A DNA stretch of 64,000 bases from the human T2T-CHM13v2.0 reference genome, Homo sapiens: NCBI RefSeq assembly GCF_009914755.1, contig NC_060927.1. One strand, written 5' to 3'. Each line of letters begins with the position of its first letter. Within the stretch, counting starts at the first letter, position 1. The position numbers and the translations under genes were made by a program. Positions 47,465 to 63,400 of this stretch are shown one piece after another. The notes under the pieces were generated by a model. It saw only the letters and a program-made list of their open reading frames with translations. It made no database searches and had not been told where the DNA came from.

Positions 47465-49311
47465 TGAGGGGATCTTTAAACTACATTTTTATGATTATTC
47501 TCATCTTGTCCTGGAGTTTGTACTATAGTCTGGCCCCTCTCTCAGTGGGACTAGAAAACACAGCGCCCAGCAGCTATGGTGGCTGCCAGGCTCATGCTAT
47601 GAGCTCCATAAATACTTGGTGACTGATGGATTGTACATCTGACACGTGATTTTGCATTTTCACATACTTTTGTGTCTGGTTTAGATGTGCCAGAAAAAGT
47701 GAGAGGTTGCTGGTAGCGTTGTTTTCTCTAAAAAATAGAAGAAGTCCTTCTAGTTTTGCTTAAAAAAAAATTTGCCTATTGATATTCCTTCAACTCTTCC
47801 TTCATTTTGCCTTCCCAGTTAGTTCCCAGTCTAATCCACTCAGGGTGAAACCCCCTGCAGGGATCTGACAAGACAGATAGACCTGGGTTTTAAACTCCAG
47901 CTCTGATGCTTGCTGTTCATGTGACCTGAGCTGGTCACATACCTCCCTGAGCTTCTGTTTCCTCCTCCATAAAACAGGGGCAATAATGCAACCAACTTTA
48001 GGGATATTGTGAATGTAGGCAGTAGGCACTCAATGGCTAATTCCTTTCTCTGATAATTAAATCAACCTCATCATCAATTTGAACTTTAAACTTGAGGTCC
48101 TCCTGAAAACTCTTTAAGAATGCCATCCCTTTGGATGGATTTAGGAATTCATGTTTACCAATACAGCTAAAAGCTGATGTATCAGTAAGATGTTTGTAGT
48201 TGCAAGGAAGAGAAAATACTGACCCAAACTGGCATAAACAGTAAGAAAAGACATTATTCAAAGGTGTGAAGGTTGATTCACTGGCTCAATGGTGGCAATT
48301 GAGACTCAGTCTTGAACTCCTGGGCCTGAGACCCTCCCGCCTCAGCCTCCCAAAGCGCTGGGATTACAGGTGTGAGCCACTGCTCCCAGCCTGACCCAGG
48401 CTTTTCCATCTGTTTTCCAGTTTCCTCTAGAGTAGGCTGCATATGCTCATGGCCACAAGGTAACTGGAGCTGCAGGTGAACACATGGTGTTTAGACATAG
48501 CAACATACAGAGATAGAACAGGGGCCTTTATTTCAGTGTCCCCTTCTCAGGAGTCAGGAATTCCTTCCCAGAAACCTCCCATCAGATATATCCTCGGGTT
48601 TTAATGGGCAGAACTGGGTCACATGCTAGAGTCTGATGGTACCACTAAGAAGGAATAAAACCAATTAGGATTTATCTCTGAGCTAGGGATGAAGCGACCA
48701 TTTTCTAAGTCATGTTGTGGGGGATGGCCCCTTGAACAAAATCCAGGTTCTATCAGCAAAGAAAAATGGAGAGGATTATTTTGATTGCCTCCTCTTCATC
48801 CCATTAGTGAGGGAGGGATTCCTAGCTAGGGTTATGGGGGTGACCGAACACTACACTGGCCAGGTGAGATTGAGACAGCTTACTCATCACATATACTCAC
48901 AGCCCAGGGGAGGGGGACACAGGACCATATGGAGGTTGCACCCAGGAACAGAGTAAACAATCAGGGGCTCTGGGAGGCAGGCTTTGTAGTTTTAAGAGGG
49001 TGAAGTGCTCTTTAGTCCCTATAGGAGGAAGTGATTGGCTTTTGGAATAATTCTGTGGGCTGGCAGGAAGTGAAACCTCCTACTCAGTGATAAGCAGGAA
49101 CTGTGCCTTGTCCCTTAAATAAGGAAGGTTATTTGGCCAGGGGACCATATCTACAGGAACATAGTGGGGAAGAGGACTTGTTTGTTAGGCCATTTGAGGC
49201 CCTTTCATTTTACCAGATGTCAAGACAGCACATAATATTGAACTTTAATTTTAGGTCTTACATACACAGGCAGGGATGGATGTGGGCTACATATGCACAA
49301 TCTCCCTTCCT

Positions 49312-49405
49312 GCATTCCTTCATCCATCCATTCGTCCATCCATCTATCCAACCATCCATCTATCCATCCATCCATACATCCACCCACCCACCAACCCACC
49401 TATCT
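49312..49405. repeat. (CCAT)n degenerate tetranucleotide repeat
   Basis: Direct reading. Confidence 0.85.
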
Positions 49406-50150
49406 ATTCTGTAGAGATTCCACAAATGATTGATTGAGGCAGCCTAAACATTCTGACTACATCTCTTGTTTTTCATGAGTCCTGGTCATAGCTGTTTGTG
49501 GGTAGTCAACATTGGAATCAGCCCTTCTGACCTGTGGCCAACTCTTCACCCTTTTCAACTCTGCACTAGTCCATAGGTCAGCTCATTGACCCTAGCATAT
49601 GCTTTTCTCTGTTCTGCTTCTGATTTTGCTGGAACCATCGCTTTCTTCTTTGCCTGTCTAAATTCTACCCTTCCTTGAGCCAAATCCCTCATCATCCATA
49701 CACACTTTCACTCCCCGTCCTGAATTCTGAATCTTCTTGTCAGCCCAAAGCCTTTGTGACAGCTGCTGTATGCAAACACATAACCATGCACTACTGTGTG
49801 TCACTGCATCTCCTGGGGATTGATCTTTCCTGTTTTGCTGCCATTTCTCATTTTATTGCTATGTTTTCTCTCCAACCTCATCGTGAACTCTCTGAGGGTC
49901 AGGGCTCTATCCTGCACACCCCTGCACCCCCTTCATTGCATGGGAGTGGGGAAGGGACAGCACAGCACCTTCTTATGCTCCTAAACCTCCATAGACATTT
50001 TCTGACTTAATTTGAATCATCGAATTCCTTTTAAGAATATTTTAAATGTAAATACAAAAAGCAGTTTGAGTAGAATCTCTAAATGAACATTTATCTAGCA
50101 TCTAGCACATAGAAGGCACACAATAAAAAAAGTGTTGAAATGATGAATAA

Positions 50151-50339
<189 letters not shown>

Positions 50340-50555
50340 TAATTTTTGTATTTTTAGTAGAGATGGCGTTTTACCTTGTTGGCCAGGCTGATCTCGAACT
50401 CCTGACCTCAAGTGATTCACCCGCTTCAGCCTCTCAAAATGCTGGGATTACAGGTGTGAGCCACTGCGCCCGGCTCTTGTTATTATTTTTTAAAGGCTAA
50501 ATATTGATGGATATGCAGAATTTCAGGGCTCACAGAAACTATTTCTCTCTATTAA

Positions 50556-50868
<313 letters not shown>

Positions 50869-51065
50869 TAGGCTGGTCTTGAACTCCTGACCTCGTGATC
50901 CATCCGCCTCAGCCTCCCAAAGTGCTGGGATTACAGGCGTGAGCTATCGTGCTGGGCCTAATGTTTCTTTAAATTGATTAATTTTTAAACTTAGCCCAGA
51001 TCTAAGCAATAGTATTTGTGACATCATTGGCATGATGTGCTAGTTATTTTCATGTATCTAATTAA

Positions 51066-51490
<425 letters not shown>

Positions 51491-51563
51491 TGATCAAATT
51501 AGGGTAATTGGGGTATCCATCACCTCAAGCACTTAACTTTTCCTTGTGTTGGAAACATTGTAA

Positions 51564-51791
<228 letters not shown>

Positions 51792-51921
51792 TAGTAGAAA
51801 TGGGGTTTCTCAATGTTGGTCAGGCTGGTCTTGAACTCCCGACCTCAGGTGATCCGCCAGCCTTGGCCTCCCAAAGTACTGGGATTACAGACATGAGCCA
51901 CTGCGCCTGGCCTGTAAATAG

Positions 51922-52059
<138 letters not shown>

Positions 52060-53103
52060 TGAGTAGCTGTAATTACAGGCATGTGCCACAACGGTGGCTA
52101 ATTTTTGTATTTTTAGTAGAGATGGGGTTTCTCCATGTTGGTCAGGCTGGTCTTGAACTCCTGACCTCAGGTGATCCACCCGCCTTGGCCTCCCAAAGTG
52201 CTGGGATTACAGGCATGAGCCACTGTACCCAGCCAATAAATTATTGTTAACTATAATTTCCCTACTGCACTATCAAATACTAGAATGTATTCCTTCCATC
52301 TAACTGTATTTTTGTAACCATTAATCAACCTCTCTTCATCCCCCTACCTTCCCAGCCTCTGGTAACCACCATTCTACTCTCCACCTCCATGAGATCCACG
52401 TTTTTAGCTCCCACATATGAATAAGAATATGTGGTATTTGTCTTTCTGTGCCTGGCTTATATGAACATAATGACCTCCTCCAGTTCCATCCATGATGCTG
52501 CAAATGACAGGATTTCATTCTTCTTTATAGCTGAAGAATATTTCATTGTGTATGTATACCATATTTTCTTTATCCATTCATCCATCGATGGACACACAGG
52601 TTGATTCCATATCTTGGCTGTTGTAAATAGTGCTGCAACAAACATAGGAGTGCAGATATCTCTGACATACTGATTTCCTTTCTTTTGGGTATATACACTG
52701 CAGTGGGATTGCTAGATCATATGGTAGTTCTATTTTTAGTTTTTTGAGGAACTTCCATACTGTTCTCCACAGTGGCTGTACTAATTTACTTTCCCACCAA
52801 CAGTATACAACTGTTCCCCCTTTCCCACATCCTTGCCAGCATTTGTTATTTTTTTGTTTTTTTGATAACAGACATTTTAATTGGGGTGAGGTCATATTTT
52901 ATTGTGATTTTAATTTGCATATCCCTGATGATTAGTGATGTTGAGCATTTTCTCATGTGCCTATTGGCCATTTGTATGTCTTCTTTTGAGAAATGTCTAT
53001 TCATATATTTTGCCCATTTTTATTGGATTATTTGTTTGTTTGTTTTGCTATTGAGTTGTTTGAGTTCCTTATATATTCTGGTTATTAATCCCTTGTTGGA
53101 TGG

Positions 53104-53474
53104 TGAATGGTTTGACTGTGTCCCTACCCAAATGTCAACTTGGATTGTATCTCCAGAATTCTCACATGTTGTGGGAGGGACCCAGGAGGAGGTAATCATT
53201 ACCTGGGGACAGGAGGTAATGATTACCTCCTCCTGGGTCCCATGCTATTCTTGTGATTGTGGATAAGTCTCACAAGATCTGATGGGTTTATAAGGGGTGT
53301 CTGCCTTTGCTTCTTCCTCATTTTCTCTTGCTGCTGCCATGTAAGAAGAACTTTTCACCTCCTGCCATGATTCTGAGGCCTCCCCAGCCATGTGGAAGTG
53401 TAAGTCCAACTAAGTCTTTTTTGTTCCCAGTTTCGGGTATGTCTTTATCAGCAGCGTGAAAATGAACTAATACA
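53104..53474 (+). mobile_element. THE1A solo LTR
   Basis: TGAATGGTTTGACTGTGTCCCTACCCAAATGTCAACTTG...GAACTAATACA. Confidence 0.85.
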
Positions 53475-53479
53475 GACAG

Positions 53480-53890
53480 TGTTTCAGTCTGTGTAGTGTT
53501 CCTATAAAGGAATACCTGAAGCTGGGTTGTTTATAAAGAAAAGAGGTTTCTTTGGCTCACGGTTCTGCAGGCTATACAAGAAGTGTGGCACCAGCATGTT
53601 TCTGGTGAGGTCTTCAGGCTGCTTCTACTCATGGCAGAAGGCAAAAGGGAGCTGGCATTGCCAGAGAGAGGAAGTAAGAGAGAAGGGAGGCAGGTGCCAG
53701 GCTCTTTCTAAACAATCAGCTCCCACAGGAGCTAATAGAGCGCACACTCCTTACTGTGAGGTCAACACCAAGCCATTCATCAGGGATCTGCCCCTATAAC
53801 CCATTGGAAGTGGACCTTCCAATTAGGCTCCACCTGCAACACTGGGGTCAATTTCAACATGAGGCTTTTGAGGGTCAAATATCCAAATAT
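53480..53890 (-). mobile_element. MST-type MaLR solo LTR
   Basis: ATAAAGGAATACCTGAAGCTGGG...GGCTCACGGTTCTGCAGGCT. Confidence 0.75.
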
Positions 53891-54426
53891 TTTGCAAATA
53901 TTTTCTCCCATTCTGAAGGTTGTCTCTTCACTTTGTTAATTTTTTGCTTTTGTTGCCTGTGCTTTTGAGGTCTTACTCAAAAAATCTTTGTTCAGACCAC
54001 TGTCCTGTAGTGTTTCCCCAATGTTTCCTTCTAGTAGTTTCAGAGTTGTAGGCCTTACATTTAAGTCTTTAATCCATTTTGAGTTGATTTTTGTGTATGG
54101 TGAAAGATGGGGATCTAGTTTTATTTTTCTGCATACGGATGTCCAGTTTTCGCAGCACCATTTATTATAGACAGCCCTTTCCCCAATGTATGTTCTTGGT
54201 GCCTTTGTGGAAATCAATTGGCTGTAAATGCATGGATTTATTTCTGGGTTCTTGATTTTGTTCCATTGGTCTATGTGTCTGTTTTTATGCCAGTGGAATG
54301 CTGTTTTGGTTACTATAGCTTTGTAGTATAATTTGAAATCAAGTAGTGTGATGCTTCCAACTTTGTTCTTTTTGCTTATAATTGCTTTAGCTATGTGGGG
54401 TATTTTGTGGTTCCACATTCTTTTAG

Positions 54427-54777
<351 letters not shown>

Positions 54778-54858
54778 TGAAGAATGTCGTTATTTTGATA
54801 GACATTGCATTGAATCTGTAGATCACTTTGGGTAGTATAGACATTTTAATAATATTAA

Positions 54859-55107
<249 letters not shown>

Positions 55108-56027
55108 TAGCTAATTTTTTGTACTTTTTGTAGAGATGGAGTTTCACCATGTTGCTCAGGCTGGTCTCAAACTCCTGAACACAAGCAATATGCCCACCTT
55201 GGCCTCCCAAAGTGCTGTGACTATAGGCATGAGCTGCCATGCCTGGCCCTGTTTCTTTGGTTAAATTTACCCCTAGGTATTTTATTTTTTTGTAGCTATT
55301 ATAAATAAAATTGCTTTCTTGATTTCTTTTTAGATTGATCACTGTTAGCATATAGAAGCATTACTGATTTTTGCATGTTGATTTTGTATTCTGCAACTTT
55401 ACTAAATTCATTGATCAGTTCTAAGGGTTTTTTTCATGGAGTCTTTAGGCTTTTGTAAATATAAGATCATGTTATTTGCAAACAAGGATTATCTGACTTT
55501 TTCCTTTTCAATTTGAATGTCCTTGACGTATTTCTCTACCTTCTAGTACTATGTTGAATAAAAGTGGCGAAAGTGGGCATCCTTGTCTTTTTCCAAATCT
55601 TAGTGGAAAGGCTTTTAATTTTTCCCTGTTCAGCTGTAGGCTTGTCATATATGCCCTTTATTGCGTTAAGGTATGTTCCTTCTATACCCAATTTGTTGAG
55701 GGTTTTTATCATGAAGGAATATTGACTTTTGTCTGTTTTTTTCAGCATCTATGGAAATGCTAATATGGTTTTTGTCCTTGATTCTGATGATGTATGTATC
55801 ATGTTTATTGATTTGCATATGCTGAACCATCCTTGCATCCCTGGGGTGAATCCCCTTTGATTATGGTGAATAATCTTTTTAATGTGTTGTTGAATTCTGT
55901 TTGCTAGTATTTTGTTGAGGAACTAAAGTTGTTTCATGTGCCACCTTTGGAAAACTCTAATCTGGCAATGTTCATATTTATATGTTTTATGGTTAAAAAG
56001 CCAGTTATGGCTGAGGCAGGCAGATCA

Positions 56028-56313
<286 letters not shown>

Positions 56314-58157
56314 TTAAAAATTTTGGTAAAGGCAAAGCTCTAAACTCTAGGGACAGAAAGCAGATCAATGGTTGTGGGGGGCTGAGGATGGGAATAAGGA
56401 TTGACCATCAAAAGGGACTGACTTTGAACAAGAGAAGTTTTTGGAGCAAAGGAAGAATTCTAAAACTGAATAGTGGTCAGTCATGTTGGCTCATGCCTGT
56501 CATCCCAGCACTTTAGGAGGCTGAGGCAGGTGGATAATCTGAGGTCATGAGTTCGAGACCAGCCTGGCCAACATGGTGAAGCCCTGTCTCTACTAAAAAT
56601 ACAAAAATTAGCCAGGCATGGTGGTGGGTACCTGTAATTCCAGCTACTCAGGAGGCTGAGGCAGGAGAATCCCTTGAACCCAGGAATCAGAGGTTACAGT
56701 GAGCCGAGAACATGACATTGCACTCCAGCCTGGGCAACAAGAGCGAAACTCCATCTCAAAAAACAAACAAACAAATAAGTGAATGGTGGTGATGTTTGCA
56801 CAATTGCATAAATTTAGAAGAAATCATCAAACTATATTTACAATGAACACATTGTATGGCTTGCAAATTATATCTCAAAGAGGAAGAAGGAGGAAGAGGA
56901 GAAAAGAAAACAAAATAAAGAAAGTAATGGAAAGATTAGCCAAGACAGGATATGAGGGGCTCCTGGAGTACTGGTGCTGTTCTTTGTCTTTATCTGCATG
57001 TTGGTTACAAGGGTATGTTTACTTTGTGAAAATTCATTGAGCTGTTTTTGCTCTGTGCATATTTCTATATAGACGTTATAACCCAGTAACAAAATTATAC
57101 CGAAAAAAAAAATTCAGTCAAAATGGGGATGCTGTTTCTTCCTCGTTATTACTTAAGTATTTAATGATATTTAAAGTTATTACTTTCCTGTTTATTACTG
57201 TGTATAATTACATCACTCTGCCACTTTAGTTTTACAATGTTAGGAGTTTAGGTTTTGTGTGTCTTAATTCAGAAAGGATTATAAAAAGATATATTTAATT
57301 AATCACACAAGTGCTATAAGAACGTCAATGGAAGTCATTGTTCCTTAATTATTCATAGCAATTATCAAGGTGGACAATATCTCAACTTGCAACCAAAATA
57401 AATGGATGTTTTAAGAGGTCTTATTGGAACAATCAAATCATCAGTCTCAAAAAGTCCCCTATCTCTCAGCCCAGTTCTCCTGCTGCCTGCCAGGGTTTCA
57501 CTTCTATATTTATCTCTTCAAATCAGCAGTACAGCAATTAGTTATTACAATAAGAGCTACCAATTTATTGTGTGCCGACTTCGTGCCAGGCACTGCATTA
57601 TCAGAATTTTTCATACTTTAATTGTTTCATTTTAGTGTCGTAACAACCCTGCATAGGAGTTGTTTATTCCATTTTACAGTTGAGGAAACTGAGGCTGAGA
57701 GGCTTTTGAGTGGGTCCGAGCCCTGGTTGCTGGTAAGTGACAGAGCCAGAGAGCAAGCTGGGGTCCCACCCAGTCATCTTGGGACCTGACGTCAGTAACA
57801 GGAAATAAGTGACATGTGTAAGGCAATTCTGAATCCCAAAACATGGCTCTTCATGCAGTTGCTATAGTTACTGCTCGACATGATGCTCTGTCTATCTCTC
57901 TTCTTTTTTTTTTTTTTTTTTTTGCTGAGATGACAATGGATCCACTGTTAGCCATTGAGGTGTTGAGCCCTCCAAACCCTGTATCGCCCCAAAACCCTAG
58001 GGACATTTTACTAGGGTTAAAATAGTGTTCTTGCCTTGTAATCATACTTTACATTTCAGAAGCTCCTATAACATTCACAGATCCAGTATTATGGCAACTT
58101 TACAAATATTATTATTGCATGTTGTATAAAACATAGGAGCTCTATAAAGGTAACTAT

Positions 58158-58400
58158 ATGGAGGAAAAAATACCTTTTTCCTTCTGTAGCAAAAGACAGA
58201 TTAACAAGAGAAAAACTTACACATTTATGTAATATAAGTTTTGTGTGATGTGGAGGACTTCATAAGGAACTAAATAAGGGCTTATGACTAGTGTCAGGGG
58301 AAAGTCAAAGAGTCCTTCCTGCATCTCAAATTCTTTCAGCTTAAAAATATCCAGTATACCAGGTTGCCATATTTTGGGGGAGCATGTCCTGATCCCTGTC
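58158..58400. mobile_element. MER34-like LTR fragment
   Basis: Shares the AAAAGACAGATTAACAAGAGAAAA motif with the element near 43430. Confidence 0.55.
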
Positions 58401-60761
58401 ATAACCATATTTCAGACAGTCATGCAGAACTCCTTGACAAGGCAATATATTTGAGGTGGGGCGGGGACAGTGGGTCGGTGCCCCCTCATTGGGTTGAAGT
58501 TGAGGGTTGGCATCCAGGTAGGAAAAAGTGGGGAAAGAGAGGCCCTAGGACCCAGAGAGACCCAGCCTGGGAGGGACTGGACAGAAAAGGAGAAGCAAGG
58601 CTTTGCAAGTGATTACACTCTTGCTAAACAACTAAACACATGCAGAGGAAATGGCTTGGATTAGGAACAGAGAGGGAGGACAAACCAAGGCCTGAAATGT
58701 GTTACAGACAAGTGTTTGGGGGCACGGAGTTGAAAGGGTGAGACTTCAGAATCTGGAGTTGTTTTACGAGCCTTTTTCACACCAGCTGGTGATGCTATGG
58801 CTAGGCGGTTTTATTCCCACTTGACATAAAAGGGGTCTCAAAGCCAGTTAACTTTTCAGAGGTGGCACGCTGAGACACTCCTGGGGCTGAAGACAGGAGC
58901 CAGAGCTTCTGATTCCTGGGCTAATTTAAGATCCGTTGTCTATAATTACAGAGTCATAATGGTGAAGAGGATGGTGACATCCAAGGACAACCACAGGGCC
59001 TCTTTCCTGACACTGGTGAGAACCAGATTCCTTTCCCTGGTTCTGTAGCTCCCAGCAGAGTTTTGGAAGCTGATTAAAGAGAATGTTGGAAATAACAGGC
59101 AATTAGAAACCTTATTAAAAAAAGGAAAAACACTCTCATCAAACTTGCCAAAGCGTCTTAATGGCTGGATGTGGAGGAGGCATTGGAAACTGCTGGCTGC
59201 AAGGGTCACTTGTGCCAGAGGGTGGCCTGGAAGCTGAGGAAAGTGTGGAGAGGGACTGGGGCCAGTTCCCAGGGACAGAGAGTGCAAGGGGACTGTTTAG
59301 GAAGTTATTTCCGAGTTGATGCGCCCAGTGAGTATAAAGTGAAAGAAGGCCATTTACAAGTCCTAAGAAAACCACAGCTGGTGAAACTGGTGGCAAAAGG
59401 ACCAAAGGAAAAGAAAGGGACACACACACCCATACACACACCTATACACAGAAGAGACAGAGCCCACCACCAAGAGAGGCAGAGTGGAGTGCATTTCCCC
59501 ACTGGCCAGTTCCTCGACTGCTCAGAATATGCCACAACGGGTAGTTGGAAGGAGATCAGCAGAGATGAGGGTTCAGATAATCGATGCAACTCACTGCTTT
59601 AGGGTTCCTCACCTCCTGCAGTCCCTAGGGACCACCCCCAGCATGGCAGAGCTTGTGGGAGGTAATTTGAATGGCCATGTGTGGGCTGAGTGCGGGTTTG
59701 GCCCTCAGGTGACCTGCTTGGACTCTGATAGCAGTTGAGCAGCCCCCCGCTTCAGGGGTGCCTCCCTGCCCAGTGCACCCTCACAGCTGTCCTCCATCCA
59801 GGGCTGAAGCATGAACTCCCACCTTGCTCCCTCACAGGGCCTCCCATTTTATTTTAATTAATGAATTGGTTAATTATTTTATTTTTTGAGATGGGGTCTT
59901 GCTCTGTTTCCCAGGCTGGAATGCACTGGCGCAATCGCAGCTCACTGCAGCATCAACCACCTCAAGCAATTCTCCCACCTCGTCCTCCTAAGTAGCTGGG
60001 ACTATAGACGCACATCACCATGCCCTGCTAATTTTTCTATTTTTTTGTAGGGATGGCGGTGGGGGCGGGGGCGGTCTCATTATGTTGCTCAGGCTGGTCT
60101 CGAACTCATGGGCTTAAGTGATCCATCCTTCTGCTTTGGCCTCCCAAAGTACTGGGATTACAGGTGTGAGCCACTGCGCCTGCCTAGGGCCTCCCATTTT
60201 AAAGCTCAAGAGGTTGTTCTGGAAAACCTTCTAAAGGGACCCAGACTGGTTTCTTTTTGCATTCCTGCTCCAGAATAATCTGAAAGCTCCCTGAGGCTGG
60301 AACTGGGGGAAGAGGGGCTCTACTTGACAAAGGCAAGGCAAGGCATGGAAGGAGGTGGGAAGGGGAACTCCACATTGCACGCAATCAGTCAAGAGCTTCA
60401 GCCTGCTCTTGCTCCTTGGGCTGTGTTACATTTCGTAGTTCCTTTTCCTCTCTCGTTTACTTTTTTGTCTTCATTGCTTTTTCATTTCTCTTCTCTCTAA
60501 ACCTGACTGACCATCTCCTGAGGGCCAAGATTGTCCCAGGTGAAGAGAGATTCTGAATGGAGTCTGAGACAAAGTTCTCTGTGTCAGGAGATCACAGTCC
60601 AGTTGGTACGGAATATTTCAAAACAGAGGGAGTGTTTATGTGCTCAGCAGGAGCCAGCAGGGGGCTGGTTTGGGACCTCGGCTTAGGGGGCGAGCAGACC
60701 TAAAGTAGAGGTGAAGGCCAGGGAGACCTCTCAAAGGAGAGGGGAGTGGTGCTGGTTCCTG

Positions 60762-60906
60762 ATAGGGTGGCCAGGTAAAATACTGGATGCTTGTATCTAC
60801 TGCAATATTTGGGACATACTTATATGAAAAAAATATTCGTTGTTTATCTGAAATTCAAATTTAACAGAGCATCCTGTATTTTCATTTGCTAAATCTGGCA
60901 AACCAA
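60762..60906. mobile_element. MER53 MITE, internally deleted
   Basis: TIRs TAGGGTGGCCAG / CTGGCAAACCAA; GGGACATACTTAT...TTCGTTGTTTATCTGAAATTCAAATTTAAC. Confidence 0.8.
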
Positions 60907-61099
60907 GTTGCTGATGAATAAACTGGAGTTAGCTGCATGAATTGGGGGAAGAAAGGGAAGGGCATGCCTGAGAGGGAACAGCATGAGTGAACATCTGGAG
61001 GTCAGAGATCCCGTAATTCATCTAAGGAAACGAACATTGTCCACATGCTGGAGTATGGAGTGCAAGAGGGCGGGAGGTAGTGCAGAGTATGCACCAAAC

Positions 61100-63400
61100 C
61101 ATCACATAGCTGTTGAGTACATGCTAAGTGCCGGGTACCAGGTGAAGTTCTAGGGTGCAGTTATGAGCTAATGGGACACAGCCTCTGCCCTCAGGAAGCT
61201 CACAGTCCAGCTGAGAAGCAGCAAGGTGGAGAGAGGGAAGGACAGGCACTGTGGAAGTTATAGCTGGGGGAACTCAGCCTCCCTGGGAGGTCAGGGAAGA
61301 CCTCCCTGAGGAGGTGACAATATGCTGAAGGATGAGGAGACAGGTATGCTAAGGGGTGGGGAAAGAGAGATCTAGGTCAAGGGAACCGCATAACGGAAGG
61401 CCCTGAAGTGAGAAAATGAGCAGTGGGTCCCAGGACCTAAAATGTGGCCAGAGAGGCTGGGCCCAGAGAGAGAGGAGAGGGGAGGAGGAAGGACCAGTGG
61501 GCAGGGATCAGACCACACTGCAGGGAGTTTCAACTGGACCCTGAAGGCAATGGGTGCCACTGAAGGAGTATAAAGCAGGCAGGGTGACACACAGCTTCGT
61601 GCTCTTAGAGCTGACTCATGCTGGAGAGAGGACGACGGATGGGCAGTGTAGGGTCAGGGCGGAGGGAACGGGGAACACCAGGAGGGGGCTACTGCAGAGG
61701 TCCGAGATGGACACATTGCTGGCTTGGTGGTGGAGATGAAGAGGGAGAAGGAGAAATGGATCCAGGCTGCACTGAGGGGGAAGACTTGGCAGGGCTGGGT
61801 TCTCTGGCACTGGGAAGTGAGGGGGAGGGAGGAGCAGGCATGACTCAAAGCTTCTGGTCTGGGCAGATGGGAGGACGGAGGCGCCATTTGCCGAGCTGAG
61901 CTGGGGACTTGGGAGGTTTGGGGGTGGTGAGGAGAGTTCAGATTTGCACATGCTGAGGGTGAGGAGGCTGGCGGTAGACCCTGGTTCGATGGGCTGTGAG
62001 GAGGAGGAAACTGCAGGGAGCCGGCAGAACCATGTTCCAGTCTCTCCTGCCACACTTAGTCACGTGGCCTGGATCAATAACTTCACCTCTCTGTGCCTTT
62101 GCCTTCTCACGTATCCCGTGGGAGGTGGGGGTATTCTGCCCTCAGAGCTGTCGTGAGGGTGTGGTGGCAGCCTCCTGGTTCACGCCTTGTTGTGCCCTCC
62201 CACACTGTAGTAGGGTTGATCTGTGGGACCATAATCATATGTGTGTCGCTTTTGAGGCTGGGTTATAAAAGACATTGTGGCTTCTATCTTGCTCTCTCTT
62301 GGGTCACTTGCTCTGGGGGACGTCAGCTACCATGTTGTCAGGAGAGACTCTCATGACAAGGAATGAATGCCTTATGCTGAACGCCACGTGAGTGAGTTTG
62401 GAAGGGAAGTCTCCAGGCTTCAGATGAGTGCAGCTCCTGCCGCCAATTAGACTGCAAGCTCCTGCGGGACCCTGAGCTGCTTCCAAGTTCCTGAGCCACA
62501 GAAACAGAGGGGAAAGCACTTGGAAGCCGTTTTAAGTCCCTACCTTTTGGGATTGTTATGTGGCAAAAGGTAACTGATACAGTGGGTAAAAGCACCTAGC
62601 ACAGTACCTTGTACAGAATTGGGGCTATAGAACAGACAAGATCTATAGCTCTGGATTCAGGACAGAGGGCTGGGCTGGAGACAGGGATTTGGAAGCCTTT
62701 GGCTCAGACACAGTAAAGGAATCCATGGAGGTGGCTGAGCCATTCCATGGAGAGGGGTACATGGAGAGGAGGGGATTGTGTTGAACAGGAACTTGAGCTT
62801 AAGTGTCGGGGTAAAGCAAGAGGAGCATCTTTGTAAGTCTAAGAGGAGGAGCTATGGAAGAAGGAGGAGAACATGCATCCTAGAAGCCAAGGGAAGGGGC
62901 TGTCCCCTGGCAGACGTCACTGCAGAAGCCTTGCTGCGGAGAGGCCTGAGCCATGCAGGTCGGAGGAGGTTCTTTCAGATTTAGTATCAAGGAGGATTCT
63001 GGTGAGCCATTTAGATGGAGAGGTGGGCCCTGAGGCCAGATTGAATGTTACGGGTTGGGGTCTTAGGGGAAGTGGGGGGACACAGCAAAGGAAGAGAGGG
63101 AGGGGGACACTGTGTCGAAGGAGAAGTCTGAAAATTCTTGAGTCAGGGACAGAGACCTGAGGCTGTTTATCTGCTGATGGGCGTGGGAGATGGGGACTGG
63201 AGAGAGGGAGGGATGGAAGATCTGAGCCTGGAGAGGCTAAAGGGCGGGAGAAGGAATGGACTAGAGCCCAGGGAGGGGATCACCTGGACAGGAGGTGGAA
63301 TCCCCCAGCCATCTCATGAGGGGAGGACAGTGCAATGCAGGTCATTCCAAAAGAGGGCAGAGGAGGGTTCTAGGGGGCTCCCACTGAAGGGGAAAGGTTT
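61100..63400. mobile_element. Degenerate L2/MIR fragments with an MLT1 LTR (about 62220-62581)
   Basis: Purine-rich L2-like motifs; MLT1-like end GGTAACTGATACA. Confidence 0.55.

Noticed and set aside
53936-54418. 160-aa ORF
   Set aside because: Decayed L1 ORF2 fragment.
59171-59602. 143-aa ORF in unique sequence
   Set aside because: GTG start, no recognisable domain or supporting gene structure; a length compatible with chance.
60762-60906. MER53 as a miR-1302-type hairpin
   Set aside because: Most of one palindrome arm is deleted, so the long stem cannot form.
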